From contig NC_134030.1 in the NCBI RefSeq assembly GCF_964204645.1, positions 7,296,778 to 7,360,777 of the forward strand: 64,000 nt of DNA, in the 5' to 3' direction. The position numbers and the translations under genes are program-made. Numbering within the stretch: the stretch's first letter is position 1; each line of letters opens with the position of its first letter. Under the pieces are notes generated by a model. It had not been told where the DNA came from and ran no database searches. It saw only the letters and a program-made list of their open reading frames with translations. Below are positions 10,820 through 23,246 of the stretch, in pieces. This stretch comes from Tubulanus polymorphus (taxonomy: Eukaryota > Animalia > Nemertea).

Positions 10820-13507
10820 CAATTATCTGCAGGCTGAGTACAGAATTCCAAAGATTTTGAGCTAAGTCTAACTTAAAAAAAAACAAAATACTTGAGAGTG
10901 GCAGGCTCTTCATTGAAGAAAACGTATCCATTGATAGATATCTTGTCAAGTGTCTTGTAAAAAATAGCCGATGGTCAGAGTCTTAGAGCGGCTTAGACGA
11001 AAGGTCAGCGCGGTGTATGCTGACAAATTCAGATTCAATAAATCGTTACGAAAGCATCGCCAGAGCTGCGCTGAAATCCAACGATGCTCATTGCAGAGAT
11101 TGGCCGTCAGCCGTAAATCCTGATGTCCGAGTTTGCGAGATTAACAGAGGACGGCTGCAAGCGACACGATGCCACTATACGCACATTTATAAATATACGG
11201 ATCTGCCCCTTCTGGATACATTTAAGGATATCCCTTGATTTTGCTATACATGAACACTGGCCTCTAAATCCTAGTTAATGTGATGCCGCAAGGTTCTCTA
11301 CTGGCCTGCACGACGAGCTAGCCGCTGTTCTTAGTTCTTAGGGATTTCTTGAACAAAAGAAAGCTTTAATTGTTCAATTCAGCCTTGAACTCTTTTAGAG
11401 TCCAAGATTCAACTATTTTTGAAACAGAACGACGACAAAATACCTCAATCGAAAGATACGCTTCTCTTCTCAGTCCTTAAACCACTATGTTTAAGGTTTG
11501 AAAATATCTGCAATCTCTAGCAGGTGAAATGGGGTTTTTTTTCGTCGACGCGACGCCTTCCCCGAGGGGTTCTAATGTCGTTGACACAAAACAACAGCCC
11601 CGATGGAATTTTATAGTTAAATCTTTAAATGAGATTAAAGATCTTTTGTGGCGGGGGAACTCCACGTTGCTACAACGCGCTATGAGCTTAAAACGGAAAT
11701 TCTGCCGCTTCGAGGCAAAGGCCGACGCGCGCGCTATGTAAACAGCGGCTCTCTGCGTATTCGTCTGTACCCTACGGGTGGCTGAAATGCGGAAAAAAGA
11801 AAAATTCCTTTGACAAAAATACAACAGCGAAACGATTCCTAAAGGATGGGACTAATATATTAATGCGTGTCTGACAGCCACTCCGCTGGCAAACTTCAGC
11901 ACAACATAACAACTTAAACTTTACGAATGTTTGAGGCACGTAATCTAAACGAAACGACGGGCAAAGTTTTCAATACGGGTCTAAATTGATAAACCATGCT
12001 CATCTATAAATATAGAGATGTGTCGTACTCGAGAGCGTTCGGCGTGTAAAAAGAAAATCGAAAACAATATTCATTTTTCGGAAAACAAATTCTTGTTAAT
12101 AAGTACCGAGTATTGATATTTCGAATTGCTAAATCGTGTCATTGTGCGGCTATTGACTGCAATTTGCGAACACGAGATTCCATCCATTTACTTCATTCGG
12201 CTCGGATAAGAGTCGCTGTTACGCGGTGCTTCGTCGCTTCTGAGAGCGATCTCGATCGAATCGCCGAAAAAAGAAGCGGGATCAGATCATTCATTAGCCG
12301 CGGGGTTGTGTTTGACTCTTGATCGTCGGATCGATTCGCACCGCTGCATACCGCGAGGAGTGACGGTAGCAGTGAACACCCGACTAGCCGCCATAATTGA
12401 TATGTCGTGTTCGCCATATCGGGCAAATTTCGGTCGCATCTCCTGCTAAACGCGGCTCTGCGCGGGACGCACTATAGGTGTCTTTTTTCATCAATGAAAT
12501 CGCGTATCCTACTGAAATTGAAAAACATTTGTCATTCGTGTCAGAACATGGTTTTCCAATCTCAATGCGAACGTCGAAACTTTTTCCATCGTTTAAACAG
12601 GTTCTTGACTCTTTAACCAACTGGGACATCCTAAAGTAGTTGGGCTGGGTTTGTTGATTGATTTTATTTGATCAACTTGGATTTGATTTGATATATGGTC
12701 TATTGTCCACAAAGCAATTTTGCGCAGAAAAATGTAGATACAGTTAATAGATATAATGTTAAATAGGGTAGAATAGATTTTACAATATACATATAAATTC
12801 AGTTTCAGCATCGACATGAAAGTCGTGAGAATACGGTTTATGAACGGATGTAATAGGAAAATCACTTCATTGTGCACTATGCACAAATTAATCAGCCACG
12901 AAACTCTCTAAAATGTGCACAAATTAATTAGTTATTTTTTCTCCTTTATATCAAAAAATATGTTAAGGTTTTTGCTTGTACAGAATCTACGAGGTGTTTG
13001 TTTGCTTCTTTCGATCGAGAAGTTACGTATATGTATACGGGGTTAGTTGCTCCTAGTTTTTTTCCTTTCATCAAACTTTAACGATTGTAACATCGATACT
13101 CGTGGTTTACTATTTACTCCTGTGGTCGATACACACACGTAATAACAATAGTCATATCTATTCTCATTGAAAATACGTTAACAAAACTAATGAATGGTTG
13201 CTTATTGATAATCGATGTCGTATACAATACACGTTTTCATCGACGCGCTATTGAAGTGAACCACGAACCACTCTTCGTCTCATTCAGCGGTGAGTACCGA
13301 ACGCTAATTGATTGTTTTTAAGACTCAGATTTATCTCGGATGTCAATTCGATAGTTCAGTGAGTTCGCCAGCAGCTTCTAGGCCCTAGCCTCGTCAGAGA
13401 GCTAACAGGTAAAACCGTAGCCTATGAAATATCATGGACATATAAACTAGAGTTGACACGCCCATGTGTGTATCGACACTCGCACACGCATGTTTTGAAC
13501 TCTGGTT

Positions 13508-13726
13508 GGCTCCAGTTCCACATTGAGAGTCAACTCTGAGTTGAAATTAGTTCATTTTCAACGAGTTAACTCTGGGTCAAATCTTAACTGAAAACGAACT
13601 GGGGCCAGTAGCTAAAAAGTTGATAACCAGATAACCATTGGATAGTTGACAGATAGTGGAAATTCCATTGGTACTAGTGTATTTATCCGCCGGTCATCTT
13701 TAACCAACTTCTGGGCAACCGGCCCC
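13508..13726. mobile_element. Two abutting PIF/Harbinger-like MITEs sharing a GGGGCC junction
   Basis: GGCTCCAGTTC...GAACTGGGGCC (13508-13606) followed by GGGGCCAGTAGC...GCAACCGGCCCC (13601-13726). Confidence 0.65.
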
Positions 13727-13753
13727 AAGGAGCATTTCAGTTTCGGGGCAGCT

Positions 13754-13860
13754 TGTTATATCCGGTATCATTTAAATTGTCCAATTTGGAACAAAATCTT
13801 AGGTTTGTAATAACCGATAAATCGTTGCAACCGATATCGTTATAACGAGGTTTCACTGTA
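13754..13860 (-). mobile_element. Tc1/mariner (Tigger/pogo-like) MITE end
   Basis: Reverse complement reads TA|CAGTGAAACCTCGTTATAACGATATCGG, a Tigger-type terminus with TA target. Confidence 0.6.
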
Positions 13861-16800
13861 GTTCTTGATTGATACCAAAACGGTTTTCGATTGCTAGCAT
13901 GAGTATGAAGTAGTTACTTGAGACTAAATGTGCCCAAAATCTGCTTTAATGGTCCCCCGTTTATAGCCTTGGTAGTAATTTAGTTGACGAACGAGCAAAC
14001 ACCATCATTTATTATTCTTGCTATGATACATATGTATATATAACCGTCACAAAGAAAACACTGCCGGGCAACAATGATAAATGTGTAGTTTTATCAATAG
14101 CTGACTCAGAATTTCTTGCAGCTCTAGAGGCGAGCATTTCCACAATCAATGATGTCAGAGACAATTGTCTAATGATTACCTGTGGATCTAATCATCATGA
14201 TTAAAGGTTAAATGAAATGCAATTACACGAAGAAACCTGCTAATTATGTGTATTGAATAATGTACGTGGCTGTGGGCAGAGAGTCTAGTAGGGTGGAGTA
14301 AGTGTAAGTCAAATGTGAACGGAAAATATAATTTATGCGATATACAGTATATCCTAGCTAAAAGCCAGGGCAACAAGAAAAACAAGAGGCCCATGGGCCT
14401 TGAAGCTTCGTTACTGATGCTATTAATCGGAAAACATGTATCCAACAGCGCTCTTTAGATTGGCAGATGTTGTATGATATTTTCTATGAGGAACTGATAA
14501 ATAATTTTTTTCGTATTTTTCAACTGACGTTGACAGTGGATGTGGCAGGAACGTTTACTTCAGCGGGTCGATTTGTTTCACTACGATTCATGCTGAATAT
14601 AATAAATCAAATTTGATTTGTTTGCTGAATAAAATTTCAATTGTACTTTCGGTTTAGTTCTATTTAATTCACCGAACCAAAATATTGCTTCAGTATAGTG
14701 AAAATGACGAGGCGACTCGGTTTCCCTCGCGTAGGTCAAAACATAGTAATTCATTAAGATGAAAATATCACGTCCTAGTGAAATAAATTGGTCCGTCATA
14801 TTTCAATTTGACGAGATTAATAAGTAACAACGACGAAGAAGGCCACAATTTGATCGATTAGCACTCTACATCCAGCACCTCTTTACCCCCAACCGGGCGC
14901 CAGTGGAAGAAGGTAAAAACGTCGCCCGTAATTATAAATCAAGTAATCCATTGTTCCACACGAGTTGAGCTGCGAAGACGACGTTCAGATTAACGGCCAT
15001 CATTTCGCTTATAACAAATGAGGTCATTATCCGCGAAAGGTTAAAACCTCATCATTGAGAGACGGCTGACCGATGACCGATATCGGACTTTGATAAATGA
15101 TCTCGACCGACAATCAACGTTGACCCATTGATCCGTCGTCCGTTCTTCCCGGCCGCGCGTATACCGCCGCCACCGCGGATGATGATCACCAGTCGACCGT
15201 TCGGTGACGATGACGGCGACACGCGTAATTCGTTCGTCGATGTAAATCATGTTTTATAAATGACCCCCGACGTCTTTTGTCGGTGTAAACGCAGTTACCG
15301 CGCAGTTACATCATCTGCGACATTATTGCCGGCGACTCTTGTTAGATGAACGGAGATAACGTAATTAGCCAGTGAGATTGATGTCAAAAAGTTTACCGTC
15401 GATACTCCGGTATCCGATATCAATACTGGTGACGATTATTGTATATGATACTTCGTGATACTTTCAGTAGAATTTGTGGCAGCAAAACTCGATAAGTAAA
15501 AGAACACGCAATGATAACGTCTTCTCAATGGCAGAAAGCGTTACTACTAAATGAGCCTACATGCAATATAATCAGTGAAAATGAATTCCACAATTAGAAT
15601 TGGAGGTGAAACTCCACTGAGAATAAAGCTAACGTCTATCTGATGGCAGGTACATTGAACGTCAATGAAGAATTCACCATCAAAACTATCGAGAACCCTT
15701 TTAGCTATTCTATAGGGTTCTCGATTTCTTCATCTATGTTATACCATGTCAGAAAAGGCGCCAATGATTTTATTCAGATATATCATTGTAAAAATAGAAT
15801 AGAAGAGAATATCTTAAGTCATACAAATGTCAACAACAGGGTGATGTATGATAGTAACACAATAATTATAGGAAGGGTCAAAATGAAAGACATTGATATC
15901 CTTAAAGATACCCTAAACTCAATGCACCGCATATTCTACACGCTACGAATTCGGTCGGACTCTGAATACGTATATAAATCTTGAATAGGAAATCTTCTCA
16001 TTCGCCTCAAACAAGACGATAAATTGAACCAACTACTACCAACTCGAGGGAAGGGTTGGGGGACTTTTATCTCTATCTATCTCTTTCTTTGAATCGCGAA
16101 TCAAAGTAGATTTATCTTTTCAAGTTAGTCTTATATCGAGTTACGGCCATTTTACAGAGTTATTGGGAGCTGGACCCGGTGTATATTCATTCCTTTTTTC
16201 ATAAATCATCTCATTGCGTAATGTTTCGCGAACATTTTTACCCCGGTTTGCTTTCATGTCGCGAGGAGGACAGTGAATAATTTTCCACCACAAAAAAATG
16301 ATAACGAGGAGATGAATAGAAACGTCCGCGGCAGTCATTTCTCTCGGAGACAAATAATTGTTAGCGTTCAAAGAGCCAGGGCAGTAACCGCAGACCTTCC
16401 CTGTCCATTGTCACGTATCCAAATATGGCCCTGCAAGGGCAAAAGGATGCTATCTGCTCAGCCATTGATCCCTCATAGTGAGTTCCATGTGAGTTTGCAA
16501 GTTCTTCCCTGACTTCGCAGACGTCTTGTTCACATACTTCATATAGCAGTCCACTTTTGGAACTTGAAATACGGATGATAATTGATTGATTATTGATCAA
16601 TCTTTGATGGATCTGATTTGTTTTGACTGAATGATTATTTGCTGTCCCTTGCAATTTCATCACAACTGCTGGGATGAAACAGGGGTTCACTGCGGGTAGT
16701 TATGGCGTTTGTGCTTGGCAGTTGACATGGCTCGATGTGAATAACCTATAAAGCTCTGTACACGATAGCAATCTTTTTAAGTCTTGGTATATTATCAATT

Positions 16801-17997
16801 ATATGATTCTTCACTTAGATAACAGATATAGTATTTTTACTTTTATATACATGGCCCGCAGTAACGCGGTCGGAACTGAGGGATATTACAAAACACAATA
16901 CAATAACTTAATTGTTATTAGCAATGAACATGCAATTCGAATATTATGAATGCAGCATAAAGCGAACTAAATGCCGTTTTCGTTGGAAATTGAATTAAAA
17001 ATGCCTGCGGGTAATAATTATACAGGCAAAATCAAGATTAATGGCAGACACGCGGTTATCACATTGAATATGAAAATAGATGCATCTTGGGCGAGAGTCG
17101 TCGTTTGATAGAATAATTGATAAGTTTGTAATAAACATTACTTAGATCGGTCTCGAGGCCAACATGAAAAATAGAAAGTGAGAGCGAAGATAAACAATGC
17201 GTCGTTGTCTAATGAATAATGTAAAGAACAGAGCTCCATGACTAACAAATTGTCGGGTGACACAAATTTTCTAGCCGAGCGCTTTATCGTTGGCCGAAAA
17301 ATAAAACCAGAAGCAAAAGGTCTTTGGTCGACGATAAATGATATAACTGCATATTGTTATATGGAGTGCACGGCACTTCTGCGTCATCTCACCTCCTCTT
17401 TTAAGGTTTAAGTTTCCAAGAAAGGAAGCTGAAAGAAGATACTGCGTCATAAGAAGCCGTGATATTATGTTAGGTTGACAGTATACACGCAGTCTTACGG
17501 CAGATCACTTCCAGAATATCAGGGAGTCAAATGCGGAAGGGTATTTTCCAAAATCGGAAAGTTGAACAAGTTTGCACAACAGTGTTGCCAAAAAGAAAAA
17601 CTTTTTCAGCCATTGAGCACAACAAGAAATGGTCACGGAATGAGCCCGATTCAGCCGGTTATAACTGAATCAGACAAGAATGACAGCTTTAATTAGGCTG
17701 CTGGTAATTTAATTACCCTAAAGGCCACAACACAATAACCGAAATCAAATTTCTACATGGCCTTTAGCTCGTGCACTCATTAAGCACATTTTATCCAGTT
17801 GTTATATACCCCGCGCTCACACGAGATATGCCCCGACGATTTTTCGTGAAATTATGGCGCTGATAAAGGGAAAAATTCGATTACGGATGCAACTCCCGGC
17901 GGATAATGAAATTACAGTTTTTATCAAGCAGTCCAGGGAAATTCCGTATGGGTGATTTGGTGAATTAAATTTTAAGAGCGAACTCCCAGTTCATTTG

Positions 17998-18148
17998 GCT
18001 ATCGGATAGTGAGTTCGAGTCCCGACTTTAATTAATGACGGGAAATAAAAACTTAATGACGAAAAAGAAAACTTAATGATGATAACATATTCAAGCTTGT
18101 ATCTAAATAAATGCCGGCAGTCGGGACTCGAACTCACTATCCGATAGC
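17998..18148. repeat. Perfect 30-bp inverted repeat with 91-bp spacer (MITE-like)
   Basis: GCTATCGGATAGTGAGTTCGAGTCCCGACT (17998-18027) / AGTCGGGACTCGAACTCACTATCCGATAGC (18119-18148). Confidence 0.9.
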
Positions 18149-18799
18149 AAAAATAGGGCTTTCGACGGGGATGTTGTGGGATAGATTGCATAGGTGTCCG
18201 TAAATTTAGTCGTTAGATAATTGATAATGTTTACTTCTTTCTTTTTGCACTGATACTATCATAAACTCTGATCCTACTCTCATGCCTTATCTGTTATATC
18301 ACCTGGTAGATATGTGTTTAAAATGACTCATTATTTCACACATGATTCATGAATAATGTTTTCTCTTTTCTATGCATCTCGTTCCTGAATTGTCAAACCG
18401 ATAATGTATTTGTGAACATTGAGGACCAATAAAGTTATTTTGAATTTGAATCGTGAAATCACAAGTAGAGGTGGCAGTTGGTTCGAGTGGAACGTTTTAT
18501 GTAACAAAGGTCGAATGATAAAATACTTGTGGATCAATCATCATTTTGAGGTTTGGAAATATATTTTGCACTGATGCAACATTGCAGCTACGCTTTGAAT
18601 TCATTGCGACAATGGACTCATTCCCTAATTCGAATCGGGAAACAGTCAACTAGATCAAGCGTGCAGGACATAAACTTTCTTATTTCTAGCTGAATGACTC
18701 TGATTTCGAGAGATCTAATAAAGCTTTCGCCGACTAAGGCAACGACGGCATAGCTAAAACTTCGCGAGTTAGTGAAGTCATTTTGTTCTAGCTCATTAG

Positions 18800-19260
18800 G
18801 CACTGAGCCAGGTGCGCATTAGCGAATCCTCAATGACGAAAATTAACAGGATTTTGTGCAACTGATCGTGTTGGGTTTCTCCGTGATTTGTTCGTCGAGT
18901 CTTCTCCACACAGTCACTCAGGTAACGAAGCGTATTGTTCGACATGTCACAATTCATCAATATTTTTGCCGGGATGAGTTGTTGTTTTTTCGACCACGCG
19001 TCGTTGTTGTTTGCGAGCGTGCCGCCGCCGCCGCCGCCGCCGCTGCCACCGCGAGGAGTGCTGCAAAATGTACCCGACTAGAAACACTATAGAAACCAAT
19101 AAATAAGAATTCGATGTCTGCGCGCGCGCGCGCGTTGACCGTCGTATAGAAAACGATTCGAGTGGCCGTGGTCGTCTTTTCGTTAACGCTTCGATTGACG
19201 TCGTTGTTTCCGATGAATTTACGCTGAATCACTGGCGCTGATTTTCTAGAAATACTCGAG
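18800..19260 (+). promoter_or_regulatory. CpG-rich putative promoter/5'UTR region with (GCC)7 and (CG)7 tracts
   Basis: Donor-like CAG|GTAACG at 18921, (GCC)7 at 19021-19041, (CG)7 at 19121-19134, TTG-rich leader-like sequence. Confidence 0.4.
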
Positions 19261-20376
19261 ACGTGTCAGTTGTAATCAGTACTGATATCCGTAACTAACG
19301 CAATCACGATCAGTTCTAGACAAATAATAAATATAATGTAACCAGATACACGCGGCATGTATACAATCACTAACCAGAGGTGGATTATTTTGGATAGGTT
19401 TCAATTGTATTGGTCTTTTTACATTTTGATATAGCAAATTCAAATTAAGGAATCGTAAATGTCGATTAGGTAGTGTGTATATAAGTCTATTGGATTGAGA
19501 AAAGATATATATAAAGACGGTACTAACCGAACATAGCTGATCATCGATCATTGATCATCGATCATTGATTAGTCAAATATCTGGAGGGAACGGCCCAATT
19601 CACCATCATGGCAGTAACCACGGAGATACCTTTTGTTGTTGCTCGGGGCGTTTTCACCTAGCTGAAAAAAGCTGGAGGAAAAAGCTGGCTGGAAACTGCT
19701 CGTGAAAACCAGCCTTTAAGTGGCTGTGGGTATAATATCTTGAAATATTTGAAAACAATGGATCAGGACTATCTTGCCCTATCTTTTCATAAACCAACCG
19801 ATTATTAACCCATTATAACCCATGATATCAGTACCACCTATACAAATAGCTCACTGATTTAACAACACCTAAAATTGGATTAGAATGTTACAATTGAAGT
19901 AGATATTCCCGGTCCAAGCTTCCCTGAATGTCCCGGCTGAATACACAGCGCACGTTAGTAATCTTCACACGAGCAAGTAACATAGCGAAAAAAAAATCTG
20001 CCGCGATAATTAAATTGAAAAATCCAACAAATTACGGAGCCGGCAACTTTTACAAGTATCGATTAGGTCGGTCGGTGATGGGAGAACGGCAAGAACGCTT
20101 CAAATTGAAAATCTAAAATGCATCAATTCAACATTATCCGTTTATAGAAACCGTTCTGCCGGATTTGCGCGATCTAATTTCATTGAATTCGCAATCTCAA
20201 CTCGCGCAGTTTATGCATTCAGCACAAGAATAGCACGAGACTCTTGCGAATTCGTGATCGGTTTTAAAGAATCCCGTCGACTGAAATCGCAGATGCTTCT
20301 TCGTTACAATTTTTCATAAGAATATAACGAAGTTAATGTGCCACATGGCAGCGCAGAAAACCCGTTATCGCTGAAA

Positions 20377-20653
20377 TTGTAGTTGAAGGTCCTGGTGTTC
20401 CGACAGTAGTTGAGGGTCCTGGTGTTCCTACAGTGGTTGAAGGTCCTGGTGTTCCAACAGTAGTTGAGGGTCCTGGTGTTCCTACAGTGGTTGAAGTCAT
20501 GGTGTTCCGACAGTAGTTGAGGGTCCTGGTGTTCCTACAGTAGTTGAAGGTCCTGGTGTTCCTACAGTAGTTGAAGGTCCTGGTGTTCCTACAGTAGGTT
20601 GAAGGTCCTGGTGTTCCTACAGTAGTTAAAGGTCCTGGTGTTCCTACAGTAGT
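20377..20653. repeat. 27-bp minisatellite (GTAGTTGAAGGTCCTGGTGTTCCTACA), ~10 copies
   Basis: Directly visible highly similar units; single-base indels shift the TTVGTPGPS reading frame. Confidence 0.95.
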
Positions 20654-23063
20654 GTTGATGTCCCAGGTGTCGTCAGTTTTCGTCTTAGGCGATTTCGGGT
20701 TAAATACCAAGAACTCCTATTCTTTTCATCAAAGTCTTCCATTCAAAAATCTCGTTAATATGGGTTTTCACGTCATTTTTACGCCTTTCTGAAAAGTTTT
20801 TATGGCGTCAGTTTAATCTTCCAAGAATTCTTGAATTGTTTTCATTCGTTACGGAAGTATCTTATGTTACGTTATTTATTTGTATTTTTCAATGCCTAGA
20901 AAAGAAACCTCGTTTTTTGGACTTATCTGGCATTATCACCAACAACAAGTATCCATTTCAATATTCTAGTTTATGTCCATGTTTACCCCGATGCACTCAT
21001 TATCTCTACCGATGCTTTTTCCGTCAATAAAGTGAAATTGAATTGTGCAATCATTGATCAATATAGTGAAATAGAATTCAATCGTGGTTCGTCTCGGCAA
21101 TTCAACGAAATCTATATCGATTAGTTATAACGAGATTGGTAATGTTGAGAGTAATTAATGTTTGAAAAACAATCACAAAGCGACGAGTTTCATAGCGATA
21201 TCACCGCTTATTACGATGTTATACCGCTTAGATTAATCGGATCGAATTTCTCGTACTAAATCTCGCAGCCCGATGCGCGCGCACGCCGCACGGTTCTTCC
21301 CTATCGTCCGTAAATATAGACAAATCAATTTAATGCGCGAAAACCGTTACAAATCAGACGAAATTATCGCCAATTAACGATGAGTTAATTCCCCTCGAAC
21401 GAAAAGATAAAAGTGAAAAATCGTTAGGATGATGATGACGTATGGCTTTCGGATATCCCCCGTGCGCGCATTTGTCAAGATTTTCGCTGGATATCATTTT
21501 ACATTGAACGCTTTTTCGTTCGTCGTATAAGAGGATAAGCATTTCACCTTTCAGCTCAGAGATTTAAACCGTTTGAAATCGGCGATGAAATTTCATCGTC
21601 GCATAAAGCAAGTACGAAGACTCGCGTAGGCTTAGATAAGGGCTCGACATTTGAAACTGAGGGTGGATGAACTGCTGTAAATAGGTTTTTGTGTAGTTTT
21701 GAAGTGCAAGGACTTGTGAAGCATAACAGAAAGTACAAGGTTCAGTTTATACTCAATTCACAGTCCTTTTAGCTTCGTAGACAACGAGTACTTTCAATAC
21801 TGCACAAAACTTCCAATAGACTGGTTTCAACATAACTTCCAATAGAATGGTTTCAACTTTTAACTAGATTTAATCTACCTAGTTTACCTCAGGATATGTA
21901 CTAAATACAACCAACTCCGGGTAAATTCGATATGATTTATCACGTCTTTTACCACGGTTTCTACCGTGACCACATAAGGTTAGAAGAAGCCATGAACGTT
22001 AGAAGGGACCATGTTTAAAAAGCCTGGACTTTTTCCTTACTATGGTATGCCCTGATTTTAGCTCGGGAAATTGTCGGCGTTCCGATGAAACGATGTAAAT
22101 GTCGTCAGTTTTGTCTGCATGCATAGATAAATCGAGCCCAATCATAAAAGCGTCGATATCGCACTCGTGTGGCACCTTTCGATGGTCAGTTATTATCATA
22201 CGGATCGAAAAGTATCGCGCGGATAGCCCCCAAGGGTAGAATCAATGACTCTCCCTGTGAGCCTGTAAGTCGGTGTTATAACACCGCTATTCGGTGGTGA
22301 AACACGGAATGAAACATCGCGTAATATGAATAGAATAAAGACGTAATTTCACTTGAAACCGCTCGTCGCGATAAAACCTTGGCATTTTCTCCTAAGATGT
22401 ATGGATATGATGTTTTGAGACGTGCCCACGGAAACCGGAATAACTTGACGATAAATGTGTCTCGATTTAATGATACAGCTTGTGCCGAGTACATGTATAT
22501 CATGTTTCATCTCAGGGTATCTCCTGGGTTTAAATCGGTCAATCATAATAGAATGGTCATTGGTTCTTTTACAGTAGAGTTGTTGATTGAACTTATCAAG
22601 GCAGATTCTACTCAACACTTTCTGGTCGATCAAGCCAACTTAAACCATTGGCTAATTTTTTACATCATTGTTTTGATTTCGGAATAGAGTCGTGCATCAG
22701 GTGACACTGGTCATACTGCCCAAAATGTGTATTAAAGCCCTGGGTGAGACTGCGATGTATACTGCCATGACAGTTGAGGTCTAACTGTATCGGGTGATAC
22801 AACGTGGTTTATGTCAGCGACGTTTCTATCTCGTAAAACTGTTTTTATGTCGATACCATCTTCGAATAATGTCCACGCTGCACCAGTCACCACTGATGAC
22901 AGGATCACAGAACTCTTGACCAGGCGAAATTATTGACATGTTACTATTGCAGCTGCACTGACTCATAATGTGTGATTGTTGTTAACCCTATCGCAACTGA
23001 AACGACTAGAGTCGTGGAATAAAGTTCAGTATCAAAGAATTACGCAAAAATAACCCCAGAAGT

Positions 23064-23246
23064 AGAGAAAATCCCACAATGATAATGAAAAACAGCCCGA
23101 AAATGTAACTGGAGCTAGTAGTTTATTCAACGTTTCGACTATATCCTAAGTCATCTCCAGTTACATTTTCGGACTGTTTTTCATTATTATTGTGGGATTT
23201 TCTCTATACATCGCTTCAACACGGATATAGTGTTTAATCAATCTTG
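23064..23246 (-). mobile_element. Penelope-like retroelement remnant (inverted pLTR fragments, degenerate hammerhead core)
   Basis: 52-bp inverted arms 23063-23114 / 23155-23206; flanking 12-bp duplication AACCCCAGAAGT / AACTCCAGAAGT; minus strand CTGGAGA-TGAC...GTC-GAAA-CGTT. Confidence 0.6.

Noticed and set aside
18856-19232. Poly-alanine ORFs on both strands
   Set aside because: Produced by the (GCC)7 tract; non-ATG starts and no transcription-factor domain nearby.
20333-20710. Mucin-like TTVGTPGPS ORF
   Set aside because: It is the translation of a 27-bp minisatellite whose indels switch the repeat frame, and it has no ATG start or clear splice sites.
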